21,659 nt of DNA from a virus. Taxonomy: Duplodnaviria > Heunggongvirae > Uroviricota > Caudoviricetes. A program made the position numbers and the translations under genes. Position 1 is the stretch's first letter, and the number at the start of each line of letters is the position of its first letter. Below are positions 1 to 6,711 of this stretch, in pieces. The stretch lies in IMG/VR virus record IMGVR_UViG_2541047437_000015; one strand, written 5' to 3'. The notes under the pieces are model-generated. The model was not told the DNA's origin and made no database searches. It saw nothing but the letters and a program-made list of their open reading frames with translations.

Positions 1-750
1 TAATCGTGACGTTGTTGAGCGTCCCGGAGTTCGCATTCACGTTACCGCTGATATCGGCATTTTTCGCCGTCAGCCGCCCGTCCGGTGTCAGGGAAAATGC
101 CGGAGGATTACCGCCGCTGGTAATGGTGGGAGCCGTCAGATATTTCAGGAACACTTCATTCATGAATATCTGATCGCCCTGACCAACAAACATCGGCTTT
201 GTGTTGCCATTCGCAGGATTAATCATCGCAATCCTGTCTGCTGCCAGCAGCACCTGACTCTGCATGCCGTCGGGGGTGTTCTCAATACCGGCACCGATAC
301 CCGCAATATAAAGGCGTCCGTCCTGCATCTGCTGCAGCTTCACTGCCCACATGCTGTTCAGGTTATTATTTGTATCAACCTGAACCTTCTGTATCTGCTG
401 GATCGCTGCACTCTGGTCTTCCAGTTTCTTATTGACGGTCTGTGTTATTTCATTGCTGACATCCGTTATGGACGTCCTGATTTCAGTCAGGTCAGGCGCA
501 AGCTGACCGTTATCAATCTGAGTCCACAACTCCTGAGCCAGATGGGTTTTCCCTATCTCTCCTTTGAAAAAATCCAGATAGCCTGATGCATCATCACTCG
601 GCTGACCGACAGCCTCCACAAATGCCGATTTGCCAACGGTGTTCACACTGCGGATATAAAAGTAATAATCATGGCCCGGTTTGATATTGATACTGGCAGC
701 TATCCAGTACAGCGCCGAGCCAAGATAGCGGGTATAGCGCGGCGATTTTT
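1..750 (-). pseudogene. Fragment of a lambdoid host-specificity / tail-tip protein J-like gene, runs off the window start; upstream part replaced by the Mu-like prophage end (boundary approximate, 730-775)
   Basis: Not in the ORF track because its stop lies outside the window. My own minus-strand translation reads ...[53 protein letters not shown]...[31 protein letters not shown]...[41 protein letters not shown]..., which I recognise as the C-terminal third of lambda-family J proteins. No plausible start or N-terminal ~800 aa is present. Confidence 0.55.
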
Positions 751-860
751 TTGATACCGATTTGCATTTCATTTGATACCGCTGAAAAACGCCGATACGC
801 AACTTATTTGATACTAAATCGGCGCTTTTCTTTTGAGTTTTAGAATGAGTTTTTAAGCGC
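751..860. repeat. Putative prophage right-end region (transposase-binding terminal repeats); three direct copies of TTTGATAC(C/T) at 751, 773 and 808 and a GAAAAACGC motif at 784
   Basis: Lies between the mom stop (861) and the J-like fragment. The stretch from 774, TGATACCGCTGAAAAACGCC, loosely resembles the Mu R-end terminus TGAAGCGGCGCACGAAAAACGCG as I remember it; the exact terminus is not determined. Confidence 0.4.
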
Positions 861-1598
861 TCATTCACTCTCTTTCAAACCAGTTTTAACTGTTTGTGGT
901 TTTGGGTAAGGCTGGACTTTGAATAGCTTTGTGTTGAGGCGTTTTCTGGCCCTCTTGTTCAGAAACCGGATGTAACGAAACTGTCGGAACTTATGAACAC
1001 TGGCTCTGTCAATATTAGCCCTCAGATGTTCACCTCGTTGTCCGCCTCGTTTAATGGCATTCCTGCAAATCTCGTGATACCACTCGCCATCAAGTTCATA
1101 GAATATTGATTCATGGCTGCCTACATAATCAAAATTGCTTGCCTGATACACGACACCAAGACAGCCACAACGCTCATCTGCAAACGACTGAACCCACTGT
1201 ACCTGCGGATAAAGCTGCCTGATTAGCTTGAGCGCGTAACTGATTGCCCTTGATTCGGAGTTTCTCGGCATACAGTCATGCAGCCATAGCCGGTTAAGCT
1301 CCATATATTCTCGGTTCTGCGTACCCGTTACGACGCGTGCACCACTGTTTGGGTTAAGGGCGTAACCCCATTGCATTACGCCAACAAGTTCCCGTTCTGA
1401 AAATATGCCCAGATGAAGGTAGGAGTTATTTACGAAACGGTGGCTGTAATGTTTATTGACGATGACCAGTCTGGCCAGCCAGCAACTTATTGTCTCAACC
1501 CGCAACTCACGGGAGCCATAACCAACGATATTGTCGTTATAGCGAATAAGTTCAGGCGTGCTGATGATTCGGGATGTGACTTGCTTTCTGTTCCCCAC
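861..1598 (-). CDS. mom: DNA modification protein Mom-like (adenine modification, anti-restriction)
   Basis: 245-aa ORF with GTG start at 1598 and AAGGAAA 9 nt upstream. It sits immediately downstream of and overlapping com and is the last gene before the prophage end, exactly as mom does in Mu. Function is assigned by synteny, not by a motif I can point to. Confidence 0.75.
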   Translation of the reverse strand: MGNRKQVTSRIISTPELIRYNDNIVGYGSRELRVETISCWLARLVIVNKHYSHRFVNNSYLHLGIFSERELVGVMQWGYALNPNSGARVVTGTQNREYMELNRLWLHDCMPRNSESRAISYALKLIRQLYPQVQWVQSFADERCGCLGVVYQASNFDYVGSHESIFYELDGEWYHEICRNAIKRGGQRGEHLRANIDRASVHKFRQFRYIRFLNKRARKRLNTKLFKVQPYPKPQTVKTGLKESE

Positions 1599-1752
1599 GA
1601 CAGGATTTCCTTGTGTATGTGGGGTGCTCTGTGGCGCTCGGAGATGTGATTTGATTGAGGGTTTTACAGCGCGGACATTTTACTTCCAGATAACTGAAAC
1701 TGGCCCGTGCCAGTAGCTTATTGCAGTGTCGGCACCGTATGTTTCGATACAT
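1552..1752 (-). CDS. com: Com-like zinc-finger translational activator of mom
   Basis: 66-aa ORF from ATG 1752 (GGAGG 11 nt upstream). [30 protein letters not shown] is a C-x2-C...C-x2-C finger closely resembling Mu Com. The track's 81-aa version starts at an upstream TTG and is probably over-extended. The 3' end overlaps the mom start by 46 nt. Confidence 0.8.
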   Translation of the reverse strand: MYRNIRCRHCNKLLARASFSYLEVKCPRCKTLNQITSPSATEHPTYTRKSCRGEQKASHIPNHQHA

Positions 1753-1945
1753 GACCGCATAACCTCCTGCTTTGTTGTTGATGCCTTTCTCATGCAATCG
1801 ATCGACAAAAACGATCGATTCGATTTGTTTAATTGATACAACAAATAGATTGAAAAGTCATCAACAATGATTCAGGGAGGTGATTATTTACTTAAAGAAA
1901 ACGAAGAGTTAGGTGGTGAAAACGATCATAAAATGATCATTTTAT
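1753..1945 (-). promoter_or_regulatory. com-mom upstream regulatory region with four GATC (Dam) sites: 1800, 1813, and the palindrome GATCATAAAATGATC at 1924-1938
   Basis: GATC positions read directly from the sequence. In Mu the mom promoter is controlled by Dam methylation of clustered GATC sites (OxyR binding) and activated by C. No promoter hexamers are assigned with confidence. Confidence 0.5.
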
Positions 1946-2025
1946 TGACTTTTTATACAGTGAAGGTAGGATCACGCGTATATGTAGTATGTTTCAAATC
2001 AACAGGATACTACATAAAAGTGAAA

Positions 2026-2051
2026 CCCAGCATAGCTGGAACTATGCTGGG
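2026..2051. other. Perfect 10-bp stem-loop (CCCAGCATAG-ctggaa-CTATGCTGGG) in an AT-rich intergenic region
   Basis: Inverted repeat read directly; no U-tract follows on either strand, so it is not a canonical intrinsic terminator. Confidence 0.5.
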
Positions 2052-2163
2052 TCAATCTGTAAAAACTTGCATCAATGCTTTACTTCGAGCTCGTGGCGTA
2101 TCCTATGATATTCCCCGGTCTCCTGTAAAGCAGAGATGCATAAAAAGGAGATCTTTATCATGG

Positions 2164-2331
2164 ATGAAAGAGCCTGTTTGCCCTGCCTGTAAGACTCCCT
2201 TACAGCTCATCTATCGCCGTTCTCGATCTCAAAATGGCAAGACATACAAACCCAAAAATGCTTCCTGTTTCAGGATGCTGATATGTCCTGCCTGTTCTCC
2301 CAGGAGGGAAAATACACAAAACGTGCATTAA
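2164..2331 (+). CDS. Candidate small zinc-ribbon protein (55 aa, CPAC...x24...CPAC)
   Basis: C-terminal part of track ORF 1867..2331. ATG at 2164 preceded by AAGGAG at 2145-2150 (13-nt spacing, rather long). Two CPAC motifs 24 residues apart. It is on the opposite strand to every other gene here, so it may be spurious. Confidence 0.3.
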   Translation: MKEPVCPACKTPLQLIYRRSRSQNGKTYKPKNASCFRMLICPACSPRRENTQNVH

Positions 2332-2340
2332 CAAACTCAC

Positions 2341-2360
2341 CCGGCAGGGAAACCTGCCGG
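2341..2360. terminator. GC-rich stem-loop CCGGCAGG-gaaa-CCTGCCGG between convergent ORFs
   Basis: Perfect 8-bp stem with a GAAA tetraloop, located between the minus-strand 81-aa ORF stop (2370) and the plus-strand candidate ORF stop (2331). U-tracts are weak on both strands. Confidence 0.4.
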
Positions 2361-2369
2361 TCGGTATTG

Positions 2370-2615
2370 TTACATCATAGTACCGTCAGTTCCGGGCTGA
2401 ACCGGCTCTGGTTGCTCTACGGGTTGAGGATCATTTTCCGTGCTGTTTTCAGCCGGAGAACGGCCAACCATTCGGGCCAGCACTTCATCAACATATGCGT
2501 CGATTTGTGCCTCAAAATCCTTGCGAACCTGCGCCTTCAGCACGCGGTTCACTTCTTCAGAATAAAGTGCCTGTTTGACAAGCTCTTCAGTAACCGTGCC
2601 TTTAATCTCTGGCAT
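2370..2615 (-). CDS. Hypothetical acidic protein (81 aa), cargo gene
   Basis: ORF with strong RBS AAGGAG 8 nt upstream of ATG 2615. Composition looks protein-like (E/K/V/A-rich N-terminal half, Pro/Glu/Gln-rich acidic tail). No family recognised. Confidence 0.6.
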   Translation of the reverse strand: MPEIKGTVTEELVKQALYSEEVNRVLKAQVRKDFEAQIDAYVDEVLARMVGRSPAENSTENDPQPVEQPEPVQPGTDGTMM

Positions 2616-2650
2616 GAATATTCTCCTTTTGCAGGTATATTGCCCCGTTA

Positions 2651-2833
2651 TCAGAGCGGGGTCGGGTCGTTTGGGGATGACGGTGCCTGTGCTGTTTTAC
2701 TGAGTTTTTCAGCTGCCGCATCATCAATTTTACGGCGAATATAATTTCTGATGACCTTATAACCACCGCTCACCAGATATAACGCACTGACCACAGCGCA
2801 GAAATAAAGCAGCATTGTATGAACGAATGTCAT
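2651..2833 (-). CDS. Hypothetical small membrane protein (60 aa; one predicted N-terminal transmembrane helix followed by a basic segment)
   Basis: ORF with TAAGG-type RBS about 7 nt upstream of ATG 2833. Residues 4-22 (VHTMLLYFCAVVSALYLVS) are hydrophobic, followed by a KVIRNYIRRK basic stretch. Confidence 0.55.
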   Translation of the reverse strand: MTFVHTMLLYFCAVVSALYLVSGGYKVIRNYIRRKIDDAAAEKLSKTAQAPSSPNDPTPL

Positions 2834-2946
2834 ATAACCTTACCTTTGATATTGACTACATAATTCGTTATCGGGTAAAAACATCGAAGCGACTGATAAC
2901 CACTCCTTCGGGAGTATTTTTATTTTCCTTTATGGGTTAGGTAGCT

Positions 2947-2987
2947 CCCGCCAGCCATATCATGACCGGCGGGATTTTTTTATTCTG
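2947..2987 (+). terminator. Plus-strand-oriented intrinsic-terminator-like hairpin (CCCGCC...GGCGGG followed by ATTTTTTTATT), directly abutting the esterase stop codon
   Basis: 6-bp GC stem with a ~15-nt loop and a T7 run on the plus strand. On the minus strand, where the neighbouring genes lie, the A-run precedes the hairpin, so it would not act as a canonical terminator for them. Confidence 0.4.
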
Positions 2988-5019
2988 TTACCGCTTTTTT
3001 CACTTCCACCACAATGCTGTCAATCAGCACCGGGTAAGTTGCATTTTTTGTGATATCCGTTACGCGGAGTTTGTCCACCGGGAAAGTTCCTACTGGTGAC
3101 TGCGTCAGGGTAAACGCGGCACCATCCTGACCATCAATAACCGGAATAACCTGAAGGCTGTTATTTCCTGCAAAACGGAAGGCCAGCGTATGCCATTCAT
3201 TATCAAATGCACCAAAGGTTCCCAGTTTCTGGTTATTTGTTGCCACTTTTGCATTGTGGTACATCACATTCAGGTCTTTTGCGTCTGTCTGGATGTAGAA
3301 CGATGCCAGCAGATTATTCCCTGCATCCCCTGTCAGGGTGACACCCTGCGGCAGAGAGGAAACCGGCCAGTAAAGCCCCATGACATACTGGTTTGCCACC
3401 AGGTCGCCAGGTACTTTAAAACGACAACTGATTAAACCACCATTTTTCAGCAGTTCAGCACCAGTACCGGCATCATGATCCAGATACCAAGATGATTTAC
3501 CTGTTTCCTTGGTCAGTTTCATTGCCTTACCACCTGTGCCTCCTGCATCACTGATAATTTCAGCTTTACCGCCAGCCGGCTCCCAGCCCTGGGCTTTCAG
3601 ATTTCCTTCTGACTCACTGACACGATAAGACAGCAGTGTTGTGGTTACTGCTTCAGTTTCTGAAGGTGACGGCACTGGTGCTTCAGTTTCAGAAGATGGA
3701 ACATCGGCTTTTACTGTGGTTCGCCCCGCATGAGTCAGAACTGCCGTGGCCAGACGGTCGGAAATAATCCCACGACGTGCCCATGAACTGAAATGGCTGG
3801 CCCGGTCCGCAGATGTCCAGGTGGCGGCACTGTTACGCCACGTTGAGCCGTAATAACCAATGGATTCAATATCCGGGTCTTCTGCCGGATTGTTGGTGGG
3901 TACATTCGCGTCATTTTCATCTGTCATTAATGGAACGAAATGAATGTTTTTATCTGTTTTGTTTTTGTAGCCGCCATAGATTGCCTGGTATGCCGGTTCA
4001 TTTTTCTGTTTCCAGAAATACGTGGTATCGCCACAAATCCACGGAACGCCAGCAGCACTGCCACCGGTACACTGTTCCGCCTGTTCAGCCAGGTCTGCGC
4101 GGAATTTTTCCACCATCGCCAGAAACAGCGCGGAATGCTCCGTCGGCTTCGCATCAATATCAAACTCGCCCTGCATCCACACCACAGCAAGCAGGCGGTT
4201 TTTCGGGTTCTTCGCCAGTGCCGCTTTTGTCCGGCTGATTAAGTCCTTATACAGCGGCTTATCCACACCCCAGCGGGCTGAGTCCTCTGAAGCACCCGTG
4301 CTGTCACTGTACGTGCCGTCAGCACCCGCCGTGAATGCAGAACCACCACGGCAGCAGGGAACCAGCAGAATCCCCGCATCTGCCGGAATAAACGGCAGCA
4401 GTTTTTTGGCAATGTGAAGCCCCTGACCCACGGTGCCATATTGCCCTTTAGCCACATCCGCTTTCGGGTGATTTTTTCCACTCATATCCTGCACATCATG
4501 CAGACAGTGGTCGGCCAGAATGATGTCGTTATACTGACAGGCTTTACCTCCCGGCGTGACTGTACTGCGACGGGCTAACTGCATAATACGCGGTTCGGGG
4601 CGGTCATATGTCTCCGGCAGTGGCAGACCTTCACCGTAAGCCATACCGTTTGACTGACCAGCAAGAACCACCACGTAATACCAGGAAGGGGAGCTGGAAG
4701 CAGTTTCATTTCCTGACGGACGGGTATGTGTTTCAGCATTATCCCAGTCTGACGGTTCAGCAGTACCGGCAACATCAGCACTTAACGGAATGACCGCACC
4801 AATACCCGCTCCGGTAATTTCCACACTCGGATCACCGGATACTGGCCTTACCCACAGGCAATCCCGTGTATTAAAACTGATGAGACAGTCAGCAAATGTC
4901 ATTCCTCCTTTTGTTTCGGCCGGAGGAAAGGGAGCCTCAAGAAATGCCGCTGTACCACCGGAAACTTTAACAGTAAAGTTTCCGGGCATTGATGATAGTT
5001 GAACCCATTTGGACGTCAT
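2980..5019 (-). CDS. SGNH/SASA-family esterase, putatively a sialate O-acetylesterase-like (NanS-p-like) protein, with a C-terminal lectin/carbohydrate-binding-like domain
   Basis: 679-aa ORF. VVVLAGQSNGMAYGE contains the GQSN nucleophile motif typical of SASA/SGNH esterases. A Ser/Thr/Glu/Pro linker (SETEAPVPSPSETEA) precedes a ~200-aa beta-rich C-terminal domain. This architecture resembles the prophage-borne NanS-p esterases of E. coli. Confidence 0.6.
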   Translation of the reverse strand: MTSKWVQLSSMPGNFTVKVSGGTAAFLEAPFPPAETKGGMTFADCLISFNTRDCLWVRPVSGDPSVEITGAGIGAVIPLSADVAGTAEPSDWDNAETHTRPSGNETASSSPSWYYVVVLAGQSNGMAYGEGLPLPETYDRPEPRIMQLARRSTVTPGGKACQYNDIILADHCLHDVQDMSGKNHPKADVAKGQYGTVGQGLHIAKKLLPFIPADAGILLVPCCRGGSAFTAGADGTYSDSTGASEDSARWGVDKPLYKDLISRTKAALAKNPKNRLLAVVWMQGEFDIDAKPTEHSALFLAMVEKFRADLAEQAEQCTGGSAAGVPWICGDTTYFWKQKNEPAYQAIYGGYKNKTDKNIHFVPLMTDENDANVPTNNPAEDPDIESIGYYGSTWRNSAATWTSADRASHFSSWARRGIISDRLATAVLTHAGRTTVKADVPSSETEAPVPSPSETEAVTTTLLSYRVSESEGNLKAQGWEPAGGKAEIISDAGGTGGKAMKLTKETGKSSWYLDHDAGTGAELLKNGGLISCRFKVPGDLVANQYVMGLYWPVSSLPQGVTLTGDAGNNLLASFYIQTDAKDLNVMYHNAKVATNNQKLGTFGAFDNEWHTLAFRFAGNNSLQVIPVIDGQDGAAFTLTQSPVGTFPVDKLRVTDITKNATYPVLIDSIVVEVKKAVTE

Positions 5020-5118
5020 AATAATCAGCCTGTTCCTGAATAAACTGAATTATCATATCCACAGACCGATAAACGCCATTTTGCGTTAATTCAGTAAAGG
5101 CCCAACAAAGAGAGCGTC

Positions 5119-5679
5119 TTATTTTTCCGAAACGCTCGCAGGATAATAACGATAAAGGGTTGAAAGGCCGATATCAAAAATAAGTGCCACCTGTCTTCGA
5201 CTGACACCCCCGGCCAGTAAACGCCCGACCTGCTCGTATTGTTCCTGCGTGAGACGACGGGGTCTGCCGCCGGTTCGTCCCCTTTCACGGGCAGCTGCAA
5301 GACCAGCCCGTGTCCGTTCGACAATTAATTCACGCTCCATTTCTGCCAGCGCACCCATTATGTGAAAAAAGAAGCGCCCCATGGGGGTTGACGTATCAAT
5401 GTTGTCAGTAAGACTACGAAAATTTATCCCCTGTTGCTGTAATTCATCTGTCAGCGCAACAAGGTGGCGCATACTGCGCCCCAGCCTGTCCAGTTTCCAG
5501 ACCATCAGTGTGTCACCGGGTTTTAGTTTCTTCAGTGCCCGCTTCAGTCCCGGCCGCTGTGTCGTTTTACCACTCATTTTATCTTCAAAAATCTGCTCAC
5601 ATCCTGCACATTCCAGCGCATTTCTTTGTAAACCTGTGTTCTGGTCATTTGTTGATACGCGTATATAGCCAATCAGCAT
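5119..5679 (-). CDS. gin: Gin/Pin/Cin/Hin-family serine DNA invertase
   Basis: 186-aa ORF. MLIGYIRVSTNDQN...VWKLDRLGRSM...FRSLTDNIDTSTPMGRFFFHIMGALAEMERELIVERT is near-identical in pattern to Mu Gin, with the catalytic Ser in the RVST motif. RBS AAGGAAGG 8 nt upstream. Lies adjacent to a gix-like site. Confidence 0.9.
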   Translation of the reverse strand: MLIGYIRVSTNDQNTGLQRNALECAGCEQIFEDKMSGKTTQRPGLKRALKKLKPGDTLMVWKLDRLGRSMRHLVALTDELQQQGINFRSLTDNIDTSTPMGRFFFHIMGALAEMERELIVERTRAGLAAARERGRTGGRPRRLTQEQYEQVGRLLAGGVSRRQVALIFDIGLSTLYRYYPASVSEK

Positions 5680-5733
5680 GTATTTACCTTCCTTAAAAAG
5701 AGGTGGAAAGGCCTTTTAAAGCAGATATACGGC

Positions 5734-5760
5734 ATCCCTGAAACCTTCGGTTTACGGGAT
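5734..5760. other. gix-like recombination site A (gin-proximal): ATCCCTGAAACC-TTC-GGTTTACGGGAT, 12-bp half-sites with an atypical 3-bp spacer
   Basis: Imperfect palindrome read directly. The inside half GGTTTACGGGA is identical to the inside half of site B. It resembles Mu gix TTCCTGTAAACC-GA-GGTTTTGGATAA as I remember it. Confidence 0.6.
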
Positions 5761-6105
5761 ACTGTAAACAGGGCCGCGAATGCCCTGCCATCGAACGGAG
5801 CGGCTGTTGCAGCGAATAAACTCGCCACTCCAAGAAATATTAATGGTGTCCCATTTGACGGAACGCAGGATATAAATATTACATCGGGGATGACGCAGTC
5901 TGTGGCTGACTCACGTTATGTTCAAAGCATTCGAAGAGGTTCAAGGTCAACGATTGGAATGCAATATAATATTTTTGAGGTTCCTGACGGATGCGTACTT
6001 ACAGGGCTTGATGTCGCTGGTGATGGTAATGCAACGGTAACCGCATATTATCGACCTGTTCAGTTTCTGATAGATGGTTCGTGGAAAACAGCTTCCAGCG
6101 CATAA
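5749..6105 (+). other. Silent alternative tail-fibre C-terminal cassette (S'-variable arm); in frame from the gix core, no start codon of its own
   Basis: Translation from 5749 reads GLRDTVNRAANALPSNGAAVAANKLATPRNINGVPFDGTQDINITSGMTQSVADSRYVQS...YYRPVQFLIDGSWKTASSA, paralleling the C-terminus of the expressed fibre (GLRETVNKAADALPSGGTAVAANRLATPRNINGVPFDGTLDINITSGMTQSTADGRYVQ...YYRPVQIYINNAWRTVSSV). Track ORF 5890..6105 is its 3' part. Confidence 0.7.
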
Positions 6106-6184
6106 AAGTGCAGTAGTTCAAAAAACAGATTATCTGAATAAATATATGATGATTTTGTCTTTTCAACAAAAACAAGGTGAAATA

Positions 6185-6706
6185 ATGGAGCTTATTAACG
6201 TAAAACGATATTACCCGGAACACAAACCCTATGGTGAGGATGTTCAGTATTTCCAGAGTGAGGACGGAAGGGATTTTTATGAATCTATCCCGCTTTTCAC
6301 AAAGAAATACAAACTCTGTATTTCGCCTGTAACGGGTATTATCTGCTCTGTTGCTGAAGATGTCTCTGCTTTATATCCGGCAGGTTTTACTGTTGTTGAA
6401 GTGGACGAACTGCCGGAAGGTGTGAATATTGACGGTAACTGGCAGTTTTCTGATGGCCTGATATCAAAGGTGCCGGTAAACTGGAAGACGGTTGCTGAAA
6501 AGCGCCGCTCATCGCTGCTCCAGGAAGCCAACGAAACTGTGGATGACTGGAAAACGGAATTAAAACTGGACATGATTAGCGATGAAAATAAATTACAGCT
6601 GACGCGCTGGATGGCGTATATCCGACAGCTTAAAGAAATGCACTTTAATGATATTGCCAGTGAGGGGCATTACCAGGCGATTCCCTGGCCGGAAAAACCG
6701 GAATAA
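6185..6706 (+). CDS. Tail-fibre assembly protein (Tfa / Mu U'-like chaperone) belonging to the silent cassette
   Basis: 173 aa from ATG 6185 (AAGGTGA RBS). The C-terminal half has the pattern I associate with lambda-type Tfa proteins. It immediately follows the plus-strand fibre cassette. Track ORF 6074..6706 is over-extended at the 5' end. Confidence 0.75.
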   Translation: MELINVKRYYPEHKPYGEDVQYFQSEDGRDFYESIPLFTKKYKLCISPVTGIICSVAEDVSALYPAGFTVVEVDELPEGVNIDGNWQFSDGLISKVPVNWKTVAEKRRSSLLQEANETVDDWKTELKLDMISDENKLQLTRWMAYIRQLKEMHFNDIASEGHYQAIPWPEKPE

Positions 6707-6711
6707 TTCAG

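Noticed and set aside
1753-1797. Extended Com start at 1797
   Set aside because: The track's first codon is TTG; the ATG at 1752 has a GGAGG RBS and gives a protein that aligns with Mu Com from its first residues.
1867-2163. N-terminal two-thirds of the 154-aa plus-strand ORF
   Set aside because: AT-rich and spans the stem-loop, with no convincing start. Only the C-terminal CPAC-containing part with its own ATG and RBS was kept, at low confidence.
2283-2744. 153-aa plus-strand ORF
   Set aside because: Overlaps two minus-strand ORFs that have strong ribosome-binding sites and protein-like composition; this frame is Leu/Ser/Arg/Cys/Phe-rich and has no RBS.
5890-6105. 71-aa plus-strand ORF as an independent gene
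   Set aside because: The frame is open and homologous to the fibre C-terminus from the gix site at 5749; the ATG at 5890 is internal to a promoterless cassette.
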